The translations under genes were made by a program, and so were the position numbers. A stretch of DNA of 63,872 bases, the filler included, from Octopus bimaculoides (taxonomy: Eukaryota), in NCBI RefSeq assembly GCF_001194135.2. It is 5 parts of 5 records of this genome, joined end to end, with 100 filler letters (N's around TTAATTAATTAA, not from the genome) between each part and the next. Parts side by side here need not be neighbours in the genome. Positions count along the whole stretch, not along the records: positions 1 to 22,722 come from NC_069006.1; 4 more parts are not named here. The stretch is one strand, 5' to 3'. Numbering within the stretch: position 1 is the first letter of the stretch; each line of letters begins with the position of its first letter. Below the pieces are notes generated by a model. The model saw only the letters and a program-made list of their open reading frames with translations, was not told the origin of the DNA and did not search any database. Positions 1 through 13,467 of the stretch are shown here, one piece after another.

Positions 1-150
1 GGTTCATCCGGCATTGTGGAAAAGAGGATGTCGAGTTCCTTTTTGGAAGACATATCTACTTCCACCTTATGCAGATTTCTTAATTTTTGTGGCAGGGCAT
101 TGAAGAGCTGTGGGCCTTTGAACCCTAGACTATTGCAGTACCTGGTCCTG
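1..150 (-). mobile_element. CR1/L2-type LINE ORF2 C-terminal remnant
   Basis: Minus strand reads TRYCNSLGFKGPQLFNALPQKLRNLHKVEVDMSSKKELDILFSTMPDEP. This matches the GPQLFN.LP..LR...FK..LD..L...PD end of CR1/L2 RT ORFs. Confidence 0.7.
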
Positions 151-552
151 AATTTAGATGGAGTGGATGTTACCTTTGGCATAATGATGATGATGATGAT
201 GATGACCTTATGATCATGAGCTAAATGCCCTAACCAGCAAGCCACAAGCCTTCACTGTGAAAACCCATAATGGGCCTTGTGCTTCTGTGTCATTTTGCTT
301 CGTCATCTATGAACACCAAATCAGTCATTTACATCTCAATAAGAGCGAAATTATTCTTATTGAAACAGCAATACATATGTTTGCTGATGTGCATAAATGT
401 TTGTCAAGCTAGAATTAAATAGATAATGTTTCATGAAGCAGCATTGAATAAAATATATTCATGTAAATTCATATTTAACACATTTGGGTACATTTTGATG
501 TGAGGAGACCATTTGTTGCCAAAATAATCCCAAGAGAAAATTCTACTCCTAG

Positions 553-765
553 AAATGTGTTTGTCTCCCCTACCACCACTTCTTGACAACCACTGTTGGT
601 TTGCTTATGTCCCTGTAATCTAGCAGTTCAGCAAAAGAGACTGGTACAATAAATGTCAGAATTTCAAAAAAAAAAAAAAAAATCGTACTGTGGCCAATTT
701 GATTAAACCCCTTGAGGTGGTGCTCCAGCATGGCTGTAGTCCAATGACTGAAACAAGTAAAAGTT
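553..765 (+). mobile_element. SINE family A, 3' body/tail
   Basis: Contains cttgacaaccactgttgg...cagttcagcaaaagagac...gctccagcatggctgtagtccaatgactgaaacaagtaaaag, which recurs at 14675, 28500 and 41560. Confidence 0.8.
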
Positions 766-1410
766 TCTTTGAATTTTAATCCTACCACACATGGGAGTCT
801 GATAGCAGCCTTGTCCTGCCATGCCAAACTTTTCTCATAAGTCCCTAAGTCCTGGTTGCAGCCACTTGGTATATAATATATATATACATATATACATNNN
901 NNNNNNNNNNNNNNNNNNNNNNNNNNNNNNNNNNNNNNNNNNNNNNNNNNNNNNNNNNNNNNNNNNNNNNNNNNNNNNNNNNNNNNNNNNNNNNNNNNNN
1001 NNNNNNNNNNNNNNNNNNNNNNNNNNNNNNNNNNNNNNNNNNNNNNNNNNNNNNNNNNNNNNNNNNNNNNNNNNNNNNNNNNNNNNNNNNNNNNNNNNNN
1101 NNNNNNNNNNNNNNNNNNNNNNNNNNNNNNNNNNNNNNNNNNNNNNNNNNNNNNNNNNNNNNNNNNNNNNNNNNNNNNNNNNNNNNNNNNNNNNNNNNNN
1201 NNNNNNNNNNNNNNNNNNNNNNNNNNNNNNNNNNNNNNNNNNNNNNNNNNNNNNNNNNNNNNNNNNNNNNNNNNNNNNNNNNNNNNNNNNNNNNNNNNNN
1301 NNNNNGAATGTCAACTGCAAACAAAATATTTCCACAGGAAATCAGTAAATTTTTCTTTATACATTCGCCATACCAAACATATTACATATACATACAGACA
1401 TGTTATCTAT

Positions 1411-1456
<46 letters not shown>

Positions 1457-1566
1457 CTCTCTCTCTCTATATATATATGTGTGTGTGTGTATATAAGCAA
1501 ATATGATCACAAGTTCATGTATACATATATACATATAATTACATGTGTACACACATACACACTACT

Positions 1567-1606
<40 letters not shown>

Positions 1607-1609
1607 GCT

Positions 1610-1650
<41 letters not shown>

Positions 1651-1829
1651 CAGATAGATGAATAAGTATACAGATAGATAAATAGAATAGATATGGTGAT
1701 ACAAACAGGAAAAATAAACTCAAAGTATGAGTTTATGTATATTTTCATTAATATTTAGCAGAAGCATGAACATGAACAATTTCCCTATGATTTCGATGTT
1801 GATGTACGTCGCCCTAGTGTGTGTGTGTA

Positions 1830-2135
1830 TACATTCTTATTCTGTCAGTCTCTTTTCTCAAACAAATAAGTTATGGTGACATAAACAAACCAATACTGGT
1901 TGCCAATTTATGGGAGGTGATGTGGGGAGACAAACACATACACACATACATATACTATATACATGGCATATACATACTTTTATATGACTTCCATCTACCA
2001 AATACGTTCAGGAAACATTGGTCAGTCTGGAGCAGTAGTAGAAGACAGTCACCGACAGTGCCTTGCAGTTGGATTGAACCTGAAACCATGTTGTTAGTAA
2101 ACAAACTTCTTAAGCCCCCCACTCCACCTGCATCT
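1830..2135 (-). mobile_element. SINE family A, degenerate near-full copy
   Basis: Reverse complement of the family A tail (1830-1940) and head (1985-2135, agtagaagac...gaacctgaaaccatg). Confidence 0.7.
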
Positions 2136-3031
2136 ATATGCACATAGCTGCATATATAACATGAGCAACACCCCTCCACACAGTTATCACAAAATTAAAA
2201 AAACAATCTACATCTAATTAGAAAAATCTGTGGATTTACAAAGTAAACAGAAATATTTAAAAGGATTAACTAATCTGCTTTAAGAAGCAATGTTAACTTA
2301 AAGCCTGTAACGAGTTTAAAACTTTAAAAGTGAATGCTGAATGAGCAGTGAAAGGTGGAATGGTAAAAATGTCATAAAAATTCCTGGAATTCACAAGAAA
2401 TCTCAAGATCAAGCCATTCATTGATGACATATTAGATCTCACCAACAGAGACACAACTGTTTCGGTGAATATATTTTTGGAGTTCTGAGCTTTTTTTTAT
2501 GACTGATTCTTATGATAATGGTAAAAAGAAATGCAGTAAAAATTTTGGAAATGATTTGTTAAGAGGTTCTTTTTATGGAAGTACAAAGAAAAACAAAAAG
2601 AACCACATGTTTCCACAGGTCCTATACATACATACATACATACATACATACATACACATATATATATGTGTATGTATGTACTTCTATACTTTTATTTCTT
2701 TCAGTCATAAGAAATTAGTTTATATTATGAGTTCCTACATATGTTTCACCATTGTGGTTGCTTGGAAACCAACATGTTGCAAGTTCAACTGGATGCTTAG
2801 CAACAACAGACTGTCACGGAGCACATCCAGGGAATTAAGGTTTATATATCATAACTAGTTTGACTAAAATGTATAATAATTGCTTAAGCTTATGGTGTTA
2901 GGTTCACAGTATATTTCCCAGTAAACACGATCTCTAACGGATTCCTATTAAAGTGATAATGAACAATTCAAACGCATAAGGAAGATAAAGTATTAAAATT
3001 AAGTAATTCATCTTTTTGCTGTGTGCATGTG

Positions 3032-3068
<37 letters not shown>

Positions 3069-5234
3069 NNNNNNNNNNNNNNNNNNNNNNNNNNNNNNNN
3101 NNNNNNNNNNNNNNNNNNNNNNNNNNNNNNNNNNNNNNNNNNNNNNNNNNNNNNNNNNNNNNNNNNNNNNNNNNNNNNNNNNNNNNNNNNNNNNNNNNNN
3201 NNNNNNNNNNNNNNNNNNNNNNNNNNNNNNNNNNNNNNNNNNNNNNNNNNNNNNNNNNNNNNNNNNNNNNNNNNNNNNNNNNNNNNNNNNNNNNNNNNNN
3301 NNNNNNNNNNNNNNNNNNNNNNNNNNNNNNNNNNNNNNNNNNNNNNNNNNNNNNNNNNNNNNNNNNNNNNNNNNNNNNNNNNNNNNNNNNNNNNTATATA
3401 TATATATATATATATTCACACACACACATACACAAACATACAAACAGAATGAGAGAACTAAATATGTATATGAGTGTCTTATTAACTTGCTGTAGACACG
3501 GCACCATAAGCATGACGGGTTTAATGGTGAACAGTTATGGAGACCAGCATGGCCATAAAATATAATCACCAACCATCGCAACTACCTCCACCTGACTGGT
3601 TGGATAAAGGGGGATTGTGTTGACATGGTCGGTGCTTATAAATCTGGGATATTGGTGATATTTTATTTCTCTGGTAGTCCCTATAACCACTCCTCCTTAA
3701 AAACATCATGTTTATGCTGTCGTCAACAGCAAGTTCATAAAAACATGGAGCCTCTTTGAGGTCAGTCAATCAGCTAAAAATAGCAGTCAAATCTCTTGCA
3801 AGTCAGACATTACTGCTTTCAAAAATGCCATATTGGATAATGTAGTCTTGGAGTCTCTGCATGCAAAAACAAAAATGACAATTATAAAATAATAGATCTC
3901 ATTGGATGGTCATGGCTGGGATGCATTTGATATCAGAGCTTTGTTTAATCAGTGGGGATTAACTTGGGGTTAAGCAAGAAATCGATTCCACAAATGAGGT
4001 GAGAGTGTGGAGGAGAGGCTGTATGTCGTCGATAAACCTGCTGGAATAGCAGGGAAATTTCCTTAAAACGGAAAAGGACATATTGAATGAATAATTTGAC
4101 ACTGAAATAAACTATCTTGAGTAACAAGAAAAAAAAAAAAAGAAAAGAAAAAAGACAGGATGGTCACAAATGGAATGACTTTAATCTGTTTAATCTTGGC
4201 TGACCTGGGAAGAATATAATTCTGCCACCACCACCACCAAGCACCCTTGTGACCACCACTATGAGAAACATGACCACTTGTGAGGACCATCTGACAGTGA
4301 CGGTGGTGGTAATGACCACCACAAATGTCAGTGTCAGAATAACTGCAGTCACCTCCACCACAACCGCCAACATCATCACCAAATGCCTCAGCAACACCAC
4401 CACCATGACCACCACATCCACCTCCCCCATCACCATCACTATGCAGCAACAGCAGCAGTACCAACGCTGCTACCACCACCACCACCACCACCACCATCAC
4501 GAAATACCACAACCACCACCACAACCACATCCGACACCACAACCACAGCCGACACCACCATCACCACTATAACCCCCACTCACTACCACCACCCCCACAG
4601 CACTTGGCCACACATAATGGTAAAGTTCAACTTGAACAATATCCTGTGGGTGTATAGTTAGGAAACATATTAACATTGTGCTGTGATTTAGCTTTACTAC
4701 CACCAACACCACTACCATCATCCTGCTATAGTATGATGATGATGATGATGATGATGATGGTGGTGATGACGACCACCACCATCAGCCTGCAGCCGAAGAC
4801 ATCACCAGCAGCAGCAGCAGCACCACCACCACCACTGCAACCATGGCCATGGCTGCAACAGAGAATAAATATGGGGTGCGAATATAGAGACCCAAATTCG
4901 AAAACAGATAAGCTCAGCAACCAACAACAAATTGCTTGGAGAAATTCAAAATCGTTCGGCATTTGATGTGAAGAAATGTTTAAAACACCGGATGTCAAAT
5001 ACAACAGCAAGTTGACTGTTGGTTTATAATGGTGATGGCAATAATAATAATAATAATAATAATAATATTAACAAGAGCACAAACCTCTGCCAAGGCAACA
5101 CCAATGTCCTCTCAATGATTAGCTGGAGATGATTTTTAAAATGAAAATATCTGAAATAAACTCGACTGCTCTCACAAACGAGAACACTAAAAATGAACCT
5201 GACCGTTCTCAAAAGTTAAGTAAAAATACCAGAA

Positions 5235-5428
5235 AAATAATCCTGAATTATTGTCTGGTATTGGATTGATCCCAAAATCTAATCAGTTTGTGCCAGGTAC
5301 GAGTTCAAACATCCCTGAAAGTTTCATCTGAATCCAGACAGTGGTTCTTGAGATATCTTGTCCATGGACAAACAAACAAACACAACTGAAAACAATACCT
5401 CTGCCTTAATGAAGGTGGAGGTAATAAT
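5235..5428 (+). mobile_element. Non-autonomous Helentron-associated (HINE/DINE-like) element
   Basis: ccaaaatctaatcag...aaagtttcatctgaatcc...gagatatc, then a (CAAA)n run, then the terminal hairpin TACCTCTGCCTT-AATG-AAGGTGGAGGTA (5396-5423). Confidence 0.55.
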
Positions 5429-5982
5429 AGGAAACCAGACATGACTGAAACAAGTAAAAGATAAACGACAAAAGGTATGAAAGAGATAAAGTTGTTGCTT
5501 TATAAAGTGTCATTTGAACTGTATGTTAAGCTAATGGGGGAGGAGGACCAAGGAAGGGGATTGGAGCTATGCAGATGTTGGCACGAGAGTGATGGGAAAA
5601 TGCATACGAAGGATTGGTGGAAAGGTCACCGACTCTTCAGACTGTTGTCCGGAAACTTTCTGGAACTGAGTGAATAAGGATATGGAAGCAACATTAATGA
5701 TGGTGATGATGATGATGATGATGGTGCTAATGATGATGATGGTGCTAATGATGATGATGATAAACTAAGAGATTCCCACTTCACTCTTTGCCCAAAGACA
5801 CAGCCTCCATTGTGGCCTGAGTGCTATGTAAATAAATAGGTTTCCTGAGTGTTTCCTGACTTCAACTGATAAAAATCAAATGAAATTGCGTATTGTTTGT
5901 TGTCAACAAAAGGAGGAATCAAATATATATGGTTATTGAGAAATATATATATATATACATATATATATATACATATATATAT

Positions 5983-6378
5983 ATCGGAGTAAATGCGCTA
6001 AGCAGTGTTTATGTATAATCACAATTTAGGTTAGTTGAAATATGTTTGTCACAGATTTCAACTGCTAAAGGCAAATACACTGCAGTTACTGTGGAGGAAA
6101 AATTCTCTCTTATGGTACAAAAAGGTGTGAAAACACCCTGTTCGTTCAGTGTCACCCTCTCTTGAGAATCTGCGACATCAATGTTTCGAGTTTGTTGACT
6201 CTTGTCGATCAGATGTACCTGAGAGGGGCAACCCTGAATGAACTGACAAAGCTTATAGCTTTATATATAATTCAACCAACACGTTGACTGATTTGTGCTT
6301 GTAGATCGCCCGATCAAAAAAAAATATCGGAGTAAATGCGCTAAGCAGTGTTTACGTCTAATCACATTTTAGGTTGGT
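5983..6378. mobile_element. Penelope-like pseudo-LTR remnant with direct terminal duplication
   Basis: atatcggagtaaatgcgctaagcagtgttta occurs at ~5982 and ~6324. A hammerhead-like motif lies on the minus strand at 6174-6212. Confidence 0.45.
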
Positions 6379-6659
6379 GTCCCCCCCCCCCAAAAAAAAA
6401 CACACTTTAGCAGCTGATAATTCAACAATGATTATATATCTCTTGGTGGTCTAAATCAGACATGCAATCTATGTGGGTGTCTTTTCAAAACATTGTCTGG
6501 TTTAAAAAGCTACTTCAGATGCCATGATGGTTCTGAGGTGTGGGTACAAGAGGTGGTCAAACTCTGCATAAGGAGTAGACAACCATTATATATACATATA
6601 TATATATGTATGTATAAATATATTTGTATATATGCTATTGGAAATAGTTTGATTCAGAT

Positions 6660-6740
6660 CCAAAAGGATGGATGGTTGGCAGAATTTGAACTCAGAACAT
6701 AAAGACAGACGAAATATCACTAAGCATTTTGCCTGGCATA
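6660..6740 (-). mobile_element. SINE family C, 5' fragment
   Basis: ggcagaatttgaactcagaacataaagacagacgaaatatcactaagcattttgcctggc is the reverse complement of the 29990-30065 copy. Confidence 0.75.
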
Positions 6741-8654
6741 TGTGTGTGTGTGTGTAGATAGATAGAGTTGGATAGATAGCTTGATACTCATTGTATGGCT
6801 TCAGTTAATCACACACAACCAGAACACTTGTACAATAACTACAACTAGTCGAGTATACTTGAGAGTTCTTGAAAGTATATAAACAACGGACATAGTGTAG
6901 AGAGAGGGAAAGAGAGAGAAATGATGAAATATGAGATGGTGGTGGTATCCGGAGCTAGAGCTGGATGTGACATTTTAACTGTAAATAAGTTACTTAACAA
7001 GGATTTGATTTGCGTGCGTACATGCATCAGTGTGTGTGTGTGTGTGTGTGAGGTGGTAGGGTTAGGGTGAAACAGTTTTAGGGATCTGCCAATATATATA
7101 TGGGATAAGTATCAACAATAGAGAAGATAAGAGGATGAAGGAGGATTAAGATCAATAATTTAATCCATTAAAAAAAAAAATAATTAAAAGGTTCCTTCTA
7201 ATATTTAAACTGGTCAAGGTCTGAATTATCTTGAGAGGTCTTACCAAACTTATTCAATCTTATTTTTAATTTCACTTCTATGACTGTCTCACCGAGAAAT
7301 TGAATTCCCGATAACGCAAGCGAAGTTGACGAGCAAGCTGCTATGGTGTCACTAAATCTACAGAATGTTGCAGCAGCAGTAAAAAAATACCTTGTGACCA
7401 AAAATTGTTAACCTCCTTTGAGGTGGCTTTGAGGATCAAGAGGTGCGAGTCCCAGAAGCGAGTAGTGCTATCAGGACAGGTATGCTAATTGGTTACAAGC
7501 CCGGACATGATTAATCCATGGCAGGGTTACCTGGGTGAGGACATTTGATTGTGAGGACAATGATGTCAGGTGACATCACTGATGATGTTTTCAGGTGCAT
7601 CANNNNNNNNNNNNNNNNNNNNNNNNNNNNNNNNNNNNNNNNNNNNNNNNNNNNNNNNNNNNNNNNNNNNNNNNNNNNNNNNNNNNNNNNNNNNNNNNNN
7701 NNNNNNNNNNNNNNNNNNNNCCCCCCAAAAAAGCAAAACAATTTAATGTAGCAAAAATAAGCACCAGGATTTGCAGAAGCTAGAAATGGTTGTTGTTGTT
7801 GTTGTATTTGTTGTTTAGCTGGAAGTGACCTGATTGACCAGACCTAATGACGAGAGGCATTCCAGATGTGACCAGCCAGTCTTGTTCTTTCAGGAGCATC
7901 TAATGTTCACATTGTTTCAGGAGTCCTTTCTATTTTTCAGAAAGTAGGCTGACACTTGAAGGAGAATTGGCTGTTATTTTTAGCAGGTTTACTTATCATA
8001 TTGAAGTCTCTTTGTTCGTTTGCACTGATGAAAATCACACACACACACGTATATATGCAGGTATAAACATATTTTGCTTTATTATCTGTTAATAAGCTGA
8101 AACCCCTAAACCAACAGTTTTGGTTCAGCATATTGATAATTTAGGAGTTATAAATATTCATAATCTAGGTACTATACATAAGCCCCTTTATAAGACAGGT
8201 GATGGTAGTGGTGGTGGTGGTGATTAAAGGCATTGATCTGGGTTATGTGTTGCAACTAAAACCCAATGACCTATATAAGGGAAAATAAAAATATATCTAC
8301 CTGAATTTCAGGGTCCCAGACACTCCCTAATCATAAAGTGGTGACAGCTATGTCAATATTGAAAAGGGATCAGCTGAATGAAATAAGAAGAGAAACAGGG
8401 TCACTTTGAACAAAGTGTTTTATTACTGAGATGTTTGAGGGGTACCCTAGTCTGTGTGTGTGTGTGTGTGTGTGTGCATGCGTGCGTGTGTGCAATAAAC
8501 TGGAAGAATCATTGGAGCATCAGACAAAATGTCTTGTGGTATTTATTATGGGCCTTTTATATCCTGGTTTTCAAATGTTACAGTTAACAAAAGAGGTAAC
8601 ATTGTAACTGAATTCCTCTTACATCTTAAACAATACACACTGACACACACACAC

Positions 8655-8890
8655 ACACACACTGACATACAACCATGGCAATGAAGGAGCTCCTAAATGG
8701 TCATCTGACCTGCTAAAAATAGTTGTTGAATCGCTCTCAAATTGCAATACACGTTTCTGTCTTAAACAAAGAAGAATGCTGTCAACAACACTGAACATGA
8801 TATGAAAGAAAAGATGGGATGGTCAGAGCTTGAAAACCTTTGATCATGGGCCTGCTGGGTCAGAGCTAAACTGGAAATAAACAACAACAA
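8655..8890 (+). mobile_element. SINE-like family D body with (CAA)n tail
   Basis: Similar to 29770-29970 (+) and 7790-7940 (-). Ends in taaacaacaacaag. Confidence 0.5.
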
Positions 8891-9122
8891 GAACAGCAAA
8901 TTTTGGATAGTCAGGCTTGTTAGAGCATGGAAGAAAATGTTTGTGGTAATTTAGTCATAATTCTTTATGGCCTGAGTTCAAATCTAACCGAGGTTGTCTC
9001 TGCTTATTGTTGTCATGGAATTGATAAAATGAAGTCTCAATTGTGTATTGGAAGGTGATTATATATTTCTGTATAAGATATTCTAATTGTGAATGGAATT
9101 ATGATAGAATATAAGTGTGTGC

Positions 9123-9428
9123 GTGGAGGCACGTGGCCTAGTGGTTAGAGCAGCAGACTTGTGATCGAGGGATCGCGGGTTCGAATCTCAGACCGGGCTA
9201 TGTGTGCATTTATGAACAAAACACCTAAGCTACATGCGTCTCCGGCAGAAGGTGATGGTGAACTTCTGCTGACTCTTTTGCCACAACTTTCTCTCACTCT
9301 TTCCTCTTGCATCTAGCAGCTCACCTGCAATGGACTGGTGTCCTGTCCAGGTTTGGAACCTATGCGCCAATGAAACAGGGAAACTGGCCCTTATGAGCCA
9401 GGCATGGCTCGAGAAGGAACAAACAACA
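9123..9428 (+). mobile_element. tRNA-derived SINE family B (core B + tail 1)
   Basis: A-box TGGCCTAGTGG and B-box GGTTCGAATCT. Ends gaaactggcccttatgagccaggcatggctcgagaaggaacaaacaac. Confidence 0.85.
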
Positions 9429-9748
9429 CTATAAGTGTATGCGCGCAGACACACATACTCACACAAGTATTACTTGGACACATATACATTAACACACACT
9501 TTAGTAGACACACACAACCCCGCCACACTAACACATACATAAACTGACATGTATATATACGCACCTAACATACACTGACAAACACACACTTATACTTGCA
9601 CTCTCTCTCACATACACACAGCATACACACATTCACATTCTCACACACATACAACTACATATTCATATACACACTCACACTCATTGATACACATACACTA
9701 AGATATATACACAAAGACACATCAACACACATACACAGTCATTAAGAC

Positions 9749-9837
<89 letters not shown>

Positions 9838-10547
9838 NNNNNNNNNNNNNNNNNNNNNNNNNNNNNNNNNNNNNNNNNNNNNNNNNNNNNNNNNNNNNNN
9901 NNNNNNNNNNNNNNNNNNNNNNNNNNNNNNNNNNNNNNNNNNNNNNNNNNNNNNNNNNNNNNNNNNNNNNNNNNNNNNNNNNNNNNNNNNNNNNNNNNNN
10001 NNNNNNNNNNNNNNNNNNNNNNNNNNNNNNNNNNNNNNNNNNNNNNNNNNNNNNNNNNNNNNNNNNNNNNNNNNNNNNNNNNNNNNNNNNNNNNNNNNNN
10101 NNNNNNNNNNNNNNNNNNNNNNNNNNNNNNNNNNNNNNNNNNNNNNNNNNNNNNNNNNNNNNNNNNNNNNNNNNNNNNNNNNNNNNNNNNNNNNNNNNNN
10201 NNNNNNNNNNNNNNNNNNNNNNNNNNNNNNNNNNNNNNNNNNNNNNNNNNNNNNNNNNNNNNNNNNNNNNNNNNNNNNNNNNNNNNNNNNNNNNNNNNNN
10301 NNNNNNNNNNNNNNNNNNNNNNNNNNNNNNNNNNNNNNNNNNNNNNNNNNNNNNNNNNNNNNNNNNNNNNNNNNNNNNNNNNNNNNNNNNNNNNNNNNNN
10401 NNNNNNNNNNNNNNNNNNNNNNNNNNNNNNNNNNNNNNNNNNNNNNNNNNNNNNNNNNNNNNNNNNNNNNNNNNNNNNNNNNNNNNNNNNNNNNNNNNNN
10501 NNNNNNNNNNNNNNNNNNNNNNTAACACATATACACATAAGCATACC

Positions 10548-10591
<44 letters not shown>

Positions 10592-11270
10592 TATATATAT
10601 ATATATACATGCTGTAAGAATATACACACACAGACAAACTAACACATATACACATAAGCATACCCACACACACACAAACGCATTCACATTCAATACACAC
10701 ACATGCACATACTCAAATCCACAAACACACACGCACGCACACATGCGCACACACGCTCATATGTAAGCAAAAGCTTAATTGGAAAGTGTTAGGTGTGGTG
10801 GAACCCCTAAATTACTTATTTATTTATATTTTTATCATATTCAGAAGAGATCTTATAACCAGCTTCCAACCCCTGAAATGTGGTAGATAGGGGTACACTA
10901 CCCCACCTTCTTTTTACCCTCATCCCACTCCTTTTCATCCTCTCACTACATCTCCTCCCCCCTCTCTCTCTCTCTAACAAAAGGTCTTTTGTGTCTATGC
11001 CTTGTATCACACCATCGCCAATTGTCAGTGTTAAAAAAACTAATTATTACTGTTGTTGTTGTTGTTACAGAAGTAATAGTAGTGGTTGTGGTTTTTGTTG
11101 TTGTGTGTTAGTGAGTGGGGGGGGGTAACAGTAAACCAATGTAACGTAATGAAGTCACCAGGCGGAGTGAAATGGTGGCAGTGGTGGAAGTGGCGGCAGC
11201 GATGTATGGCAGGGGTGGGGTGGGGGGAAGGAGCAGTGGAGTGAGTTTGGTTTGTATGTGTATATGCTTG

Positions 11271-11305
<35 letters not shown>

Positions 11306-11564
11306 GTTTGTGTAGGTATGGAAACTTCTTGGATTGTTTTTCACTAAACATCTCTTATTACTTTGATAAGACGAAGCTGCCGGAGGGATGTTATGGATGA
11401 GGACAAGGACGATGATGATGATGATGATAATGATGATAGTGGTGATGGTGTTGGTAAGGGGAGTTGAGGTCAGAGGATAATGCAGGTGTATACACACACG
11501 CACATACACATGTATGTGCGTGTGTGTGTGCGTATTATTGTACATATGTATATCAGCATCATTT

Positions 11565-11710
11565 TAACATCTACTTCTCTATGCTTGCATGGGTCAGATG
11601 GAATTTGTTCTTCAGGCAGATTTTCTATGGCTGGGATACTCTCCCTGTCACCAACCCCCATCTGTTTCTATGCAAGGGGATAATATTTCTCCAGTGGTCG
11701 GACATGTCTT
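11565..11710 (-). mobile_element. SINE/LINE 3' tail fragment (GAT-tailed family)
   Basis: catgggtcagatggaatttg...ggcagattttctatggc...cctgtcaccaac, homologous to 15590-15720. Confidence 0.6.
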
Positions 11711-11810
11711 CATAGAAGATTGCAAAGGAGGAACACTGCTTGTATGATGGTGATGTTTGTTTACAGCCATCGTATGATGTCAAGACAAAGGTATACACAC
11801 ACACACCTAA

Positions 11811-12070
11811 TGATTGCAAGGTTGTGAGTTCGATTCTCAGTGGCATGTTGTGCCCTTGAGTATGTCACCTTGTTTCACATTACTCCAGTTTACTCACCTG
11901 GCCAAAATCAGTTGTGCCTGTAATTTTAAAGGGTCAACCTTGTCACATTTTGTGTCACACTGAATCTCTTTGAGAACTACGTTATGAGTATGCATGTCTG
12001 TGATGTACTCAGCCACTCGCATGTTAATTTCATGAGCAGGCTGTTCAGATCATTGGCTAGACAGGTCACC
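11811..12070 (+). mobile_element. tRNA-derived SINE family B (core A + tail 2), 5'-truncated
   Basis: B-box gagttcgattc, core tttcacattactccagtttactcacctggcc, and tail gtgcctgtaattttaaagggtcaaccttgtcac. Confidence 0.75.
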
Positions 12071-12074
12071 ATTT

Positions 12075-12234
12075 CCCCACTGAATAAATTGGCAGTCCAT
12101 TGCAGGGTTACATATTTACAGCTGAGAGGAATGGAACAATATGAAAGTGTTTTGCTCAAGGACTGACCATGTCTCCGCTCTAGGGATCGAAACCACGATC
12201 TTGTGATTACAAGTGCAACACCCTAACCACTAGC
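12075..12234 (-). mobile_element. tRNA-derived SINE family B (core A + partial tail 1)
   Basis: Reverse complement reads gtggttagggtgttgcac...atcgtggtttcgatccc...ttgagcaaaacactttc...ctcagctgtaaat...ctgcaatggactg. Confidence 0.7.
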
Positions 12235-12626
12235 TTCACACACACACACACACACAAAAGCATAGATGCATACATACACGTGCATACCACTCCCTTATTG
12301 GAAACGGAAAAAAACAAAGTAAGAGGAGATAGGAAATAATCCATTCCAACAAAAACAGAGGAAATGGAGATGAACACTATAAACAAACATGTATATATAG
12401 ATCTGGTTATATATACAGAAGTATGTGTGTATATCTATGATGTATGTATAAACATATATCTGGTTTTTTATATCAGAATGTGTATAACTGTCTATTGTAT
12501 AGACAAACATGTGTCTGCTTAGAAGCACAGGAATCTTTGTAATGTAATACACTCACATGATGTATACACATTAATTGATATATCTAATTGCAGGTGTATG
12601 CATGTGTATGTGTGCGTGTACATTAT

Positions 12627-12673
<47 letters not shown>

Positions 12674-12761
12674 NNNNNNNNNNTAAATATACAAATATGC
12701 ACACATACATCTGCATGTAGATACATAAACATATAGATAAAAAAAAAAAGAAGAAAAAGTT

Positions 12762-12925
12762 CAGGCATGGCAGTGTGGTAAGAAGCTTGCTTCCCAAAAA
12801 CACAGTCTGGGTTCAGTCCCACTGCGTGGCACCCTGGGGCAAGTGTCTTCTTCTATAGCCTCAGGCCAACTGAAGCCTTGTTAGTGGATTTGGTAGACAG
12901 AAACTGAAAGAAGTCTGTCGTGTAT
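12762..12925 (+). mobile_element. SINE family A head
   Basis: ggcagtgtggtaagaagcttgcttccc...gggttcagtcccactgcgtggcacc...gaaactgaaagaagtctgtcg, with tRNA-like A/B boxes. Confidence 0.85.
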
Positions 12926-12936
12926 ATATATATATA

Positions 12937-13020
12937 TCATCATCATCATCATCATCGTTTAACGTCCGCTTTCCATGCTAGCATGGGTTGGACGATTTGA
13001 CTGAGGACTGGTGAAACCGA
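12937..13020 (-). mobile_element. RTE-type 3' tail with (GAT)n end
   Basis: Reverse complement is cagtcctcagtcaaatcgtccaacccatgctagcatggaaagcggacgttaaacgatgatgatg. The same tail occurs at 18930-19100. Confidence 0.7.
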
Positions 13021-13408
13021 TATATATATATGAGACCAAAATATATATATTTATATGCGTGTGTATGTGTATATATATGTGTGTGTATGTGTATGTATGT
13101 GTATATATATGTGTGTATATATATTTATCTATATATGTATCAGGCTTACTTAAATTTGGGATAAATAATAACAGCAACAACACTAAAACAACAATAATAA
13201 TAATAATTATGGTGATGATGATACTGGAGTAATTTAAGTCCAAATCACCAGCTTATTGATTTAAAGGATTATAGTAACGACGAGGATAAAGCTGATAATC
13301 TCAGATCTGTCTTAAAGGAATAAAGAAGTAAAAAGAAAAAAAAATAACAATGAAACAGAAAAAAAAATGTAATACATATAACTATATATATGTGTGTGTG
13401 TATGTATG

Positions 13409-13467
<59 letters not shown>

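Noticed and set aside
4063-4966. His/Pro/Thr/Gln-rich ORFs (also 17218-17578, 19352-19606, 30239-30812)
   Set aside because: They are trinucleotide low-complexity DNA, open in several frames on both strands, with no domain signal.
8295-8400. Minus-strand exon-like segment with a good acceptor and donor
   Set aside because: The 73-nt candidate has stops in all three frames and no other support.
9123-9200. tRNA gene
   Set aside because: A and B boxes are present, but the sequence continues into a SINE body and tail shared with other copies, and I see no complete cloverleaf.
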